Shown one piece after another: positions 8,301-16,798 of a stretch of 64,000 nt of DNA. The translations under genes were made by a program, and so were the position numbers. The notes under the pieces were generated by a model. The model searched no databases. It saw nothing but the letters and a program-made list of their open reading frames with translations, and was not told the DNA's origin. The DNA comes from Candidatus Bathyarchaeota archaeon (GTDB lineage Archaea; Thermoproteota; Bathyarchaeia; Bathyarchaeales; SOJC01): contig JAOZHR010000016.1 in the NCBI GenBank assembly GCA_026014805.1, positions 27,283 through 91,282 of the forward strand, given 5' to 3'. The stretch's first letter is position 1. Each line of letters opens with the position of its first letter.

Positions 8301-10143
8301 TCCATATTTCAAGTAATGCCACCGGAGCCATCATCGAACAGGCAGAGAAAAGGAGCGGAAACAATCGCCTTTCCCAATAACCTGTTATAAAGAAGGCTGA
8401 GTTTGCAAAAGACACTATTCTAGAAAACGCTAGTGTTGAAGCTGCAAAGAAGATGAATACAGTTACTGCCTGATTTCTATAACTTTTAGCAATAACACCT
8501 ATTCCTATCAAGGCAAATAATCCGTTGATCCCTAAAAGAGTTGGATAAAGTAACAGCGGAATATTGTAAATAGGCGAAACGTCATACACGAAGAAATCAA
8601 TAGAAAAGAACCATGTAACCAAAAGTCCTATGAATAAGAATGATGAAAAAAACAAGAACGATTTGATGTGACCTAGTTTAACCGTTATGGAAACTCCTTT
8701 CCAACCACGGGATGTCAAAAGATACAAGAATGAAGTTAATCCAATCAGGCCCAGTGCATAAAATTGGGCTAATGAAAATCCTTGTTGAACGGCTAGATTA
8801 ATGGTTAGAGTTGTTAGTAATGCGACCACAAGTCCGATTGTAGTTGAGAGCAATGTATCATCCAAACGTAATCCAATTCTTGGCGCAAACATTGCCACAA
8901 CTGTCAATATAATTATAAAGATGACTAAGTATGGAAAGTAACTAAAAAAAAGGGTAACTATCAGGATGGATAAGATAGATATGTACGCCTTTCTACGCAC
9001 TCGATTTTCGCTCAGCAAATATAAAAGTGCAAAAAGAAAAACAATGCCCAATGTTTCAGCTCTGAATCGCCCCCAAACACCAATCCCACCATTTCGGCTT
9101 ATGTCCCAATAGGTCTTGAACATGGTGTCACTAAGGATGTCAAATTCAGGCAAGTCAAGGTTTATCAATTTTTCCTTGAGGAAATAAACCCACCCAAACC
9201 CAGAGAATGTTGAGAAAAGGAAAGTAGCCAATACTGGAAGTCTTTTATCTATTCCGTTGAGATACTTCTTTGCAGTAACAAAAAAGGAAAGAAGTACAAA
9301 AATGCCCAAATATGCTATTGACACCTGAAAGCTAGACATAGATGCGAATGACAAATCGTTAGAATTGAAAGACAACAAGTAGACAACCCCTAGACTGTGA
9401 TCAAACCACAAATAATTACTATTCTCGCTTATTGAACGTGCGGCCACAAAATGATCATAGGGATCAAGCCCTGGATCCAGACCCACTTCAGGGTAGATAA
9501 TCATGACATTAAATACAAATAGCCAAGAAATCAAAGCTAGAATCAATATGTCAACTAGCTTAAAAGTAGAAATGAAAGGACCATCATTTTTCTTTGAGGT
9601 TCTTTTGCTAATAAACTGATTCTTAGCAAATGACATAAAGGATAATAAAAAGTAACAAAAGCTGAGAATTAAAGCTATTTGCGATCGTTGTTCCACAACA
9701 AGAAATAGAACGGTGGAAAGTAGACCTGTTAGAAATATGCTTAAGGTGAAGGAGAAAACCGCAATCACCATAAATGAACCTTGGTTTCTAGGCTTTATCA
9801 AACGCAAAAGGACATAGCCTGGCATTATTAAGGAAACAATAATTGAGAAAATGCAGCTAAATTGAGTATAAAATTGAAAAGCGTTTGTTAAAAGAACGAA
9901 AAGGGCTACTATTACAAAAGAGCAATCAATATATAGATGTATCTTATGTGGCAATACCATTCTTACCTCTGTATTTGTAGACAACAACAAATAAATCAGA
10001 ATAACTGCTAAAATCTGAAAAACAAATAGGAAATATCTCATCCAGTGCTCTAACAGCAATAAAGTAGGTAAGGAACATAGAAAGGCAAAGAACAGCATAA
10101 AAGAATTTTTGCTAACATTCATTTTTCTCAAGTACCATTTCAA
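5269..10143 (-). CDS. Giant (1624 aa) polytopic membrane protein with a GT-C/STT3-like membrane core, an ectodomain of about 870 aa and a C-terminal TM anchor
   Basis: Uninterrupted 4.9-kb ORF. Roughly 15 or more hydrophobic helices lie in aa 1-654. A loop reads LDPGLDPYDHF (nt 9448-9465) and a helix reads FRAETLGIVFLFALLYL (nt 9043-9066). The ectodomain carries 19 N-X-S/T sequons by my count. A final TM, PIAWLIVFNIFLLSWNLHL, is followed by a basic tail. Confidence 0.8.
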   Translation of the reverse strand: MKWYLRKMNVSKNSFMLFFAFLCSLPTLLLLEHWMRYFLFVFQILAVILIYLLLSTNTEVRMVLPHKIHLYIDCSFVIVALFVLLTNAFQFYTQFSCIFSIIVSLIMPGYVLLRLIKPRNQGSFMVIAVFSFTLSIFLTGLLSTVLFLVVEQRSQIALILSFCYFLLSFMSFAKNQFISKRTSKKNDGPFISTFKLVDILILALISWLFVFNVMIIYPEVGLDPGLDPYDHFVAARSISENSNYLWFDHSLGVVYLLSFNSNDLSFASMSSFQVSIAYLGIFVLLSFFVTAKKYLNGIDKRLPVLATFLFSTFSGFGWVYFLKEKLINLDLPEFDILSDTMFKTYWDISRNGGIGVWGRFRAETLGIVFLFALLYLLSENRVRRKAYISILSILIVTLFFSYFPYLVIFIIILTVVAMFAPRIGLRLDDTLLSTTIGLVVALLTTLTINLAVQQGFSLAQFYALGLIGLTSFLYLLTSRGWKGVSITVKLGHIKSFLFFSSFLFIGLLVTWFFSIDFFVYDVSPIYNIPLLLYPTLLGINGLFALIGIGVIAKSYRNQAVTVFIFFAASTLAFSRIVSFANSAFFITGYWERRLFPLLFSACSMMAPVALLEIWNRVSSPKVKRLMYFRNMKIICSVFLLGLITISGITSTFLTMEYWKYRANVNSESGWILDEEEMGALNYLVEEHPQGSRQHPTFVYAAPGGSIDHLDLTTIYSPPKLNSLFDAKYPEETLTILYHPEFLPSYVYMHERDLEILQRKYANGYLAQHLLKYSTVVYNNSEVKIYRMEGAPPVSKSDVTLIIPTTPTTDNYYFAYDMLFSGRYNYTVLLDSDRSIDSKIIIVPSNAWETKSIDGILNFLENNPVEKIIILNMDDHNQIANTLFNSVNEISLTNNSTDSYLHQIHDYSTALTKFNVSNIDGSVEFIIDNDADHSFTMVGDNQSMFWNPYVHGSADEHGGVDTPQLTDSLSIKAKGLNGLKIGVADGPYKKWAIEHVYSTPQNWSTYDFFIFNWYGYGDGKNYYFQALSDEGYYWYVFKDSWKGWKKVILPMKIPFGEYVMSNLTFAKSLSGNPQWSKITRILIGITESCASSGIWYLDEIEFDVGRWSNIEAIICGNLDDEYDAKLFIFNGSAYVPITLPNGSGKALIDTVYSIDGVRSDLFYNSSAGMVTAERSGSSYRINILLKMPPEDGRDSKSSGLSQVRLKFEFPIKKVNASKIIGRNLELTLPADIEVTPLDVNQGVEALSWYISDEGLIPLAAKTPINGKEIIYVNIYPLIETLLSNEVSGQKFFSVFQNLLDTIGLDLPKHNGKTQWIVYSNTWIFKEAVLEGIVEAKSSSIIFPSEMNPVTLSITSDDSHERLRNVTSVSIEGGKNVTIRSSYIKILQGRGFYPQMGTNQSIVAVGGSNITLYLSFSNGSDINVDCGSHLELSISGDHVFYMREPHFLVDGEALFKETYTWGLSLTQKLKRMVRSDIYGQDVQINGTIEFDASLSDIFTFADNFTWSGPVTTNPPTVKWNEWESLKETFSPIAWLIVFNIFLLSWNLHLRRTEKRLKKRTIKQRKKEPQKTLNSAMWSVPANSPRKTVKTTDKNNCAHPYKRVLRDIEIDHYKTKTQNSQHPLRVV

Positions 10144-11191
10144 ATTCTTTTTCCCATTGCTTAACTATTATTTCCCAATCAAATTTCTCACCGTGTTCCC
10201 TAGCTTTTATTCCCATTTCACGTCTAAGGGCACAATCGCCCATCAAAATCTCTAACTTATCCATCATCTCCTCGATATTCCCAACAATGAAGCCAGTCTC
10301 GCCGTCGATAACAGTTTCAGGTTTATAATCATTAAAAACAATAGTTGGCAATCCAGTTGCAGCTGCCTCAATTGTAACCTTAGGGAAGCCTTCACGAACA
10401 GATGGAAAAAGAAAAATATCTGCCTTTTGCATCAAAGAAACAAGTTCATTTAGCGGCAAATGCCCATGAATACGCACGTTTTTGAGGTTAAATCTTTCTT
10501 TCATGTTTAACAACATTCCTTGCAGAGGACCTGATCCAACCAAGTCAAAATCCATATTTCGAAAACGCTTTGCAGCCTCAAGAACTAGAAAGGGTCTCTT
10601 TCTTTGCTGGAACGATCCTACATACAAAACGTCAAGTCTGTCCTTTTTTCTTCTCGGCAGGTAAACGAAAATCTTGGTATTGACACCAGTATAAATGACG
10701 GGTGTTTTTATATTATAATTCCTTTTCACGGTCTCTGCAACATACTTACTATTACTGTAGACGTAATCGCATTTGTATAAATTCGATCGCTCTATAAACT
10801 CAGCACACGTGCTTCGGTTTAGACCAGTTACTATATTCTCAACACTGTAAATGTTAACCTTTTTATCTCCTAATAGCTTTCTGAATGTTAAATATATGTA
10901 ACCATTGAGAAACCTTGGAAAGAAAAATAGGTCGCCTTTTTCAAAAAAACGCCGTAGTTCAGACAGGAAAGTTATAAATCTTATTGGTCTTCCGTGTAAG
11001 TTACGTGCTCTGATGCAACGAACATTCTTTTTAGTTAGAAGCTTTCTATCAGGCTTAGCCAAATAAAGTAAAGTAACATTAAACCGGGAAGAGTCAAGCC
11101 TTCTGGCCATCTCACGCGCGTTGAGGTTTTGGGCGTTATAATTATCTTCGTCGCAATAAGCTTGCATAAAGAGGCGTATCTTTTTCGTCAT
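10112..11191 (-). CDS. Glycosyltransferase family 4 (GT-B)
   Basis: C-terminal EX7E-type signature ADIFLFPSVREGFPKVTIEAAATGLPTIV. Confidence 0.85.
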   Translation of the reverse strand: MTKKIRLFMQAYCDEDNYNAQNLNAREMARRLDSSRFNVTLLYLAKPDRKLLTKKNVRCIRARNLHGRPIRFITFLSELRRFFEKGDLFFFPRFLNGYIYLTFRKLLGDKKVNIYSVENIVTGLNRSTCAEFIERSNLYKCDYVYSNSKYVAETVKRNYNIKTPVIYTGVNTKIFVYLPRRKKDRLDVLYVGSFQQRKRPFLVLEAAKRFRNMDFDLVGSGPLQGMLLNMKERFNLKNVRIHGHLPLNELVSLMQKADIFLFPSVREGFPKVTIEAAATGLPTIVFNDYKPETVIDGETGFIVGNIEEMMDKLEILMGDCALRREMGIKAREHGEKFDWEIIVKQWEKEFEMVLEKNEC

Positions 11192-11268
11192 TATATACCA
11201 TCACATTACGTGCGCGTATCGCAAAAGAATGGAAACTTTCCCACGAATGCTATCGGAAAGGATTATGG

Positions 11269-12978
11269 CTACTCCCCAACCATTTCTTTAATTAGCCCAA
11301 GAACATTCTTGGTTGCATTCCCAACATCATGCAGGTGATATTCAACAAATTCGTTCATATTAATTTCTAATTCTACGCGCGTTTTTTCGTCAAATAATGC
11401 TTTTCTTATCGTGAGTGCAACATCTTTTTCATCGTAAGCCCCTAACGCTACTCCACTTTCAACATACCCCATCGGTTCCATATGCCCTACCAAGTCAATT
11501 ATAACTACCGGCTTATTCAATATCATCGCCTCTATGGTAACAGTCGATGAAACTGTTGCCACGAGGTCGCATGCAAAAAGAGCTTCAGAAGTGTTTGCTT
11601 TAGGGTTCAAAATTAAAGCGCTATAACCCTCTTCCTGTAAGACCTTTCTATGCCATTTTTCACTGTCACATGGATGTGGCTTTATTATCGTTTGAACATT
11701 CTTCAACGTCTTCAAGGAGTTTATGGCAATTCGCAGAAATTTTTCTGATGTCGAGCGATTCTGAGTTATTAGCAGAACTATCTTCTTATCAAAATCGAGT
11801 TTGTGATCTTTAAGAAACCTCTTTTTATCAAATATTTCTTCAGCTTTCGCTAGTATGTCATATCTAGGTTGACCTGTTACTTCAACTGTGTCATTTGGGT
11901 AGTCACAATATTTGGTTAAAACATCTTTTGCATATTCTCCATAAACGGCCGTTTTATCGGGAATTAAGGTGTAATTTACTGATGCCTTCACAGAAATCTC
12001 AGAAGGAAAATGAATGTAGCCTGCATGGTGGGAATAGATAATTCCATGTTGCATAGCCAATGTTGGAATACCAGCAAGTTTTCCAGCTAATGTCGCGGCT
12101 TTTCCTATAATTGAATATTCATCAGATATTAGGATCAAATCTGGCTTCTCAACGTTTACGGCTTTCCTCAAAAGCTCTGTGTATAGGATAGTGTTGAAGG
12201 TCACATACTTAGCTAAATGATCAAAAGTAGGTTTCAATAGCCTAAATAGATTTAGGTCATTGAAATTTAACGAGTCTATGAAGTCGGGATCACTATACAA
12301 TTCTTTCCAAATTCTTTTGAACTTTTGAGAATGTTTGAAAATTCTGCTGAGTACTCCAAAAGTCATGAAAGATTCGACTGTTTTCCAGAGACCGCTATTA
12401 TATCTAGCTTTTTCAAAGAGCTTCCTCAGGTCTAGCAATTGCATGGATGCAACTACGATATCTTGATCCAGTGCTATGATATTATACTTCATTCCACAAC
12501 GCTTGATTAGATTGCCGAAAACCGAATCTTGTTTTGGGCTCTTCGACATAGGTTCATGTGCGTCAACCCAGTTAGAACCGATGATCATAATTCTGTTTGT
12601 CTTTCCATCAATCCAACTCCGTTTCTTCATCAATAGATTTCCAATAGCAAATCTTGTAATTGTCTTGGCAAAAAGAAAGAGCTTGCCAAATCGATTCATC
12701 ATACATTTCAAAATGTAATCAGTAGATGATTGAGACGTGATGCAAGACATAGCTTTTATATCTGAATAAACATGTTGTTGGTAGAACCACCATAGCGAGA
12801 TTTTGCTATATGCTAAAATTTCCTTAATATTTCTCCCCCTAGTTACTTTCAAATTCGACCATTGGTTTATCCATCTGATTAGTTTTTCATTATTTGAATA
12901 AATGGCATTCATCTTTTCTTCTTTGATATAATTGCTTTGGGCGTTATATAATCGCCCCACCTTGACTGCTGTGTGCAC
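11269..12978 (-). CDS. GT-B-like transferase with a KPHP motif (TagF/KpsS-like); candidate ulosonic-acid or glycerophosphate transferase
   Basis: 569-aa ORF. Contains IIKPHPCDSEKW and CDLVATVSSTVTIEAMILNKPVVIIDL. The start may be the Met at 12912 (MNAIYSNN..). Confidence 0.5.
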   Translation of the reverse strand: MHTAVKVGRLYNAQSNYIKEEKMNAIYSNNEKLIRWINQWSNLKVTRGRNIKEILAYSKISLWWFYQQHVYSDIKAMSCITSQSSTDYILKCMMNRFGKLFLFAKTITRFAIGNLLMKKRSWIDGKTNRIMIIGSNWVDAHEPMSKSPKQDSVFGNLIKRCGMKYNIIALDQDIVVASMQLLDLRKLFEKARYNSGLWKTVESFMTFGVLSRIFKHSQKFKRIWKELYSDPDFIDSLNFNDLNLFRLLKPTFDHLAKYVTFNTILYTELLRKAVNVEKPDLILISDEYSIIGKAATLAGKLAGIPTLAMQHGIIYSHHAGYIHFPSEISVKASVNYTLIPDKTAVYGEYAKDVLTKYCDYPNDTVEVTGQPRYDILAKAEEIFDKKRFLKDHKLDFDKKIVLLITQNRSTSEKFLRIAINSLKTLKNVQTIIKPHPCDSEKWHRKVLQEEGYSALILNPKANTSEALFACDLVATVSSTVTIEAMILNKPVVIIDLVGHMEPMGYVESGVALGAYDEKDVALTIRKALFDEKTRVELEINMNEFVEYHLHDVGNATKNVLGLIKEMVGE

Positions 12979-13081
12979 ATTACAACACTTTTCACGAATC
13001 CATGAAAGGAATTCCGCCTTAGAAATTCTCTTAAAAAATAAAGGGGAAATGTAAGACAGCAGTATATTTCGTTTATCTTCT

Positions 13082-14218
13082 TCATTGGTTTATATGAGCG
13101 TCCTTCTGCGCTAACCTTGTACATGCACTTGAACGATAAATGTGTTCCATTCTCTCAGTTATTATTTCCCAATTCAAAGATTTAAAGATCAAATTAACTG
13201 CATTCATACCGTAATCTCTTCTTAGATCTTCATCTAGAATTAACTTTTCTAGAAGATCGGCGAGTTTACCTGCATCGCCCCTCTTGAACGTTGGCATTTT
13301 TGCTGTTTTAATATAAAACTCGTTATCAAATGCATCATCTCGAGGAGGCTCATATGTGGGGGCTATGACCGGTATTCCACAAGCCATTGCTTCCAGAATA
13401 GATATCGAGGGATCTCCTGGCCAGATAGCGATATCTGCAGCATTATAGTATTTAGCTAACTTTTTCCTATATACTGTTGGAAGAAATTGTACAATCTTGC
13501 TAATCAGACTCCGATCCATAATAGAGCGCAAGAATCGCATGTATTCATCAACACCGTTTCCCACTAGTACAACCCGAAGTTTCCTAAGCAACAAGGGTCT
13601 AATTTTAGATAATGCATAAAAAAGAATTTCCAGATCTTTACCTAGCACTACTTTTCCACTATAAACTAAAAGGATTTGATCCTTGGTTATACCTAATTCT
13701 TTTCTAGTGTCATTCTTTGCCTTAATATTGGGCTTAAAAAGCTCAACATCAACACCATGTCTACTTATCACAATACGATGCTCGGAAACTCTAAAATGCT
13801 TTCGAAGCCATCTTGCAGAGCCTCCAGAAACCGCAAAATAGACATCAACTTTAGGATCTATAAGGGGAAAAATACATTTTTGGAAAAAAATGTACGCGGA
13901 TTTCCTCCATAGACCTGGACTAAATATTCCTGTGATCGAATCAACAAATAGGCAGTAGTTGAACTGCCTTTTTAGATGGGCGAGCTGAAGTAACGTCGGA
14001 TAAAAAAGGTCATGGCAATGCACAACCTCAGGCTTAAAGTCTTTCAAAACAGCTTTCAAGCCACATATAGTAAGAGGTGTATCAAATATGTCTATGAGTT
14101 GCGGTAGCCTATAGACCAATATTTCTTCTTCGATGCTTTTACCTTTTCTTTCCAGCTTCCTAGCGTCTTCGCCCAGCATGATTTCCACGGTTTTTCCCTT
14201 CCTAGAAGATGTCATCAC
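13082..14218 (-). CDS. Glycosyltransferase family 4; the conserved N-terminus extends upstream to about 14320 without a canonical start codon
   Basis: AADIAIWPGDPSISILEAMACGIPVIA. Hand translation of 14219-14320 in the same frame gives RILHVVQYFQPELGYAETYIALSQSQHGNDVAV, a typical GT4 N-terminus. Confidence 0.8.
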   Translation of the reverse strand: MMTSSRKGKTVEIMLGEDARKLERKGKSIEEEILVYRLPQLIDIFDTPLTICGLKAVLKDFKPEVVHCHDLFYPTLLQLAHLKRQFNYCLFVDSITGIFSPGLWRKSAYIFFQKCIFPLIDPKVDVYFAVSGGSARWLRKHFRVSEHRIVISRHGVDVELFKPNIKAKNDTRKELGITKDQILLVYSGKVVLGKDLEILFYALSKIRPLLLRKLRVVLVGNGVDEYMRFLRSIMDRSLISKIVQFLPTVYRKKLAKYYNAADIAIWPGDPSISILEAMACGIPVIAPTYEPPRDDAFDNEFYIKTAKMPTFKRGDAGKLADLLEKLILDEDLRRDYGMNAVNLIFKSLNWEIITERMEHIYRSSACTRLAQKDAHINQ

Positions 14219-14330
14219 GGCTACGTCATTTCCGTGTTGTGATTGTGACAGCGCAATGTAAGTCTCTGCGTATCCTAGTTCAGGTTGAAAATATTGTACT
14301 ACATGTAGAATCCTCGTACATCACGCCCTC

Positions 14331-15305
14331 CTACATCTTCGATGGTTCTGCTTCCAATCGTTTTATCAGATTATGTACTGTCAATATATCGCCACCACAT
14401 TCTCTAGTTAATTCTATTAGTTCTACAAGACGATTGAGCTTTATTCTTGCACGAGATTTGGCTCTGTTACTTCCCTCAAAAAGTTCCCAAGGATGAAAGA
14501 TTGTAACAATTATCCTAACCATCTCCTTTGAAGAAGAACCGCGCAGTTCATTCAAGAATGTTCTAAATCGATTTTCTTCTATTCCTAAAATTGGTAGATA
14601 AGGGCTAGATAGCGGAGACTTTCTTGGCATAGGGTAAACCGTTATGGGAACCTGCCATACGGGTGCTGCCCCCAACCTGCTTAAATCATCAAAAGAAGAA
14701 TGATAAGGAGTGGAGGAAAAGCCATATGCGATGTTGTATAAAGAGCTATCTGCCGTTATGCCATATTTGTGCATAATCGTTAACCATCTTCCTTCTAGAG
14801 CAAGGAATGGTGCTCTAAACGATCTTACATCTTCTCCTGAAAATTGTTTTATCAATAGAATGCTCTTCCTTAGACTCCTCTCCACTTCAGACTTGGAAAA
14901 CCAATTCCCTTTGGGCCAAAATCTTGTATAGCTCTCATGCGAAAATCCATGTGATCCGATTTCGCTGTCATGGCATAGAAGATTTTTCACTTTTTTGCTA
15001 AGAATCTTGCAAAAAACACCCTCCAGAAAATATGTTGCTGGACAAGCTAACTTGTTCATCACACTTACGGTTTCTTCCAATCCGGCTAACGCGCAATCAA
15101 TTTCATCGTGCCTGATGAGATTGCGCCAAGTCGCGAGTTTCATTTGACGCGGAGGAGGCAGCTCCACGTCAAAAGTTGGAACCAACAAAATTCTTGGGCA
15201 ATCTGCATGAAGACGTTTGAAAGTAATGGGGGGTTCTCCAACCGGTAGTTTTCTAATACTGAAAAGAATGTTTGATATCGGGATTCTAAGAATAAGTGGT
15301 AACAT
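14331..15305 (-). CDS. Polysaccharide deacetylase (NodB homology, CE4)
   Basis: LLVPTFDVE and IGSHGFSHESY motifs. Confidence 0.7.
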   Translation of the reverse strand: MLPLILRIPISNILFSIRKLPVGEPPITFKRLHADCPRILLVPTFDVELPPPRQMKLATWRNLIRHDEIDCALAGLEETVSVMNKLACPATYFLEGVFCKILSKKVKNLLCHDSEIGSHGFSHESYTRFWPKGNWFSKSEVERSLRKSILLIKQFSGEDVRSFRAPFLALEGRWLTIMHKYGITADSSLYNIAYGFSSTPYHSSFDDLSRLGAAPVWQVPITVYPMPRKSPLSSPYLPILGIEENRFRTFLNELRGSSSKEMVRIIVTIFHPWELFEGSNRAKSRARIKLNRLVELIELTRECGGDILTVHNLIKRLEAEPSKM

Positions 15306-15315
15306 ATTTGTCTGA

Positions 15316-16203
15316 TTAGAAGGAATATAGTAAATATCCTATTAACAGACCAAAGACCTGCAAAAGCTTTGCAGAAACAAATCCAGGAAGATACCTTGCA
15401 TAACGCGGATGTTTTTGAAATGATAATAAGTATAGAAGGAATACTTTTGTATAACTCTCTGATACGAATCGCGATTTTCTCGTAAAGTTTCTCAAATTCT
15501 TACCATAGTTGTACTTCTTTAGGAATTCTTTTCGAATTGATTCTGAGGTGTGATGCACAATTACGTTCTTAGCTCTAGCCACAGCATAGTTTTTTTGATT
15601 AATCTTCTCTCCGAAAACCACATCTTCGCCTATAACTAGCTCTGGGTCAAATCCTCCGATATCTTCAAATACGGAAGATCTGCAAAAGCGTATTGGAGAG
15701 TTAGGCAGATTAACCCTGTTTTTAAGTGAATAATAAGCAATTATATCGCCAAGAATTCTGCTTTTTGCAATATAGCTATTGCCTGTATCGAAAGTTGTTA
15801 CATAGATAGCATCAATTTTTTCTGAAGAACAAAGACTAACGCATTCTTGAATCAACTCAGGAGTGGCAAATTCATCAGAATCAATAAACAGTAGAAATTG
15901 ACCTGCTGCATATCTAGCGCCATAATTTCGTTGAGCAGAACGCCCGCCACCCTTGAGCAATATTCTAACTCCTCTGTGTCGCTTTACAATTTCTAAAGTG
16001 TCGTCAGTGCTAAATCGATCAATTACTATAATTTCGATATTCTTATATGATTGATTAAGGATTGAGCAAATACAATCTTCGATATATTCCTGTGAATCCC
16101 AAGTGGGTATAATTACTGAAACCTGTGCTATCGTGCCCAAAGCCAAGGATAGCTTTTCACAATTTTCATCGCTATCTTTCTTTGTGCAGCCCATCAGTTT
16201 CAC
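15316..16203 (-). CDS. Glycosyltransferase family 2 (GT-A)
   Basis: VSVIIPTWDSQEYIEDCICSILNQSYKNIEIIVIDRFSTDDT and FIDSDE. Confidence 0.85.
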   Translation of the reverse strand: MKLMGCTKKDSDENCEKLSLALGTIAQVSVIIPTWDSQEYIEDCICSILNQSYKNIEIIVIDRFSTDDTLEIVKRHRGVRILLKGGGRSAQRNYGARYAAGQFLLFIDSDEFATPELIQECVSLCSSEKIDAIYVTTFDTGNSYIAKSRILGDIIAYYSLKNRVNLPNSPIRFCRSSVFEDIGGFDPELVIGEDVVFGEKINQKNYAVARAKNVIVHHTSESIRKEFLKKYNYGKNLRNFTRKSRFVSESYTKVFLLYLLSFQKHPRYARYLPGFVSAKLLQVFGLLIGYLLYSF

Positions 16204-16673
16204 CTCGTGGAATGGGGATATAATTGTGTACGTTCAAGAATACTCTTCAACTCCAGTCCTATTACATTTATTGTTACATATCTTTCCACATTCTTTCTGC
16301 CTTTTCGACCCATCTCTCTAGCTTTTTCATGGTTCTCCTTCAACAGAAAAATTGCTTCGGCGAGTTTTTTATAGTTCCCTGGCTTAACTACTATCCCCGA
16401 GTTTGTCTCTTTTACGTATTCTGTTGGTTGCCCTTCCGCACAGCATATTATCGGCTTACCTACTGCTTGATATTCGTAAAGTTTTGATGATATCCCGAGG
16501 TATGGTTTTCCAAGATCTCTCAGCGGTAAGATCAGCGTATCGGCTTTACTTAGTAACTCAGCTACCTCACTTCTGCTGAGAGTTTTTTTCATCAGTCTCA
16601 CGTTCTTTAAGCTCAGCTCCATGATCGCGGATTCTATGTAGCTTGCAAGTTCTCCTTTTCCTTGAAGCATAAA
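16200..16673 (-). repeat. Diverged direct repeat, copy 1 (3' third of a WbuB-like GT4 gene)
   Basis: Encodes FMLQGKGEL...IGLELKSIL, which aligns without gaps to the C-terminus of the 17551..18771 product. I counted 90 identical of 146 aligned residues by hand. Confidence 0.8.
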
Positions 16674-16791
16674 CTTCGACTTGATGCCCTCTTCTAGCAA
16701 GCCCCTTAGTAACTTTATATATCACATTAGTAATGCCGTCAGCCACCCCAAGTGAAGGTGGGTAAATATATGCAACATGAAGTATTCTCAA
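16200..16791 (-). pseudogene. Chimeric, internally deleted GT4 glycosyltransferase pseudogene
   Basis: ORF 16567..16791 encodes a GT4 N-terminus (MRILHVAYIYPPSLGVADGITNVIYKVTKGLARRGHQVEVYAS) and then runs out of frame. ORF 16200..16700, in another frame, encodes only the C-terminal ~155 aa of a GT4. The ~200 central residues are absent. Confidence 0.75.
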
Positions 16792-16798
16792 TGGCTAT

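Noticed and set aside
12909-13124. 71-aa minus-strand ORF bridging two glycosyltransferase genes
   Set aside because: It overlaps the start region of the 569-aa gene and the stop region of the GT4 gene in other frames. It has no recognisable motif and is probably spurious.
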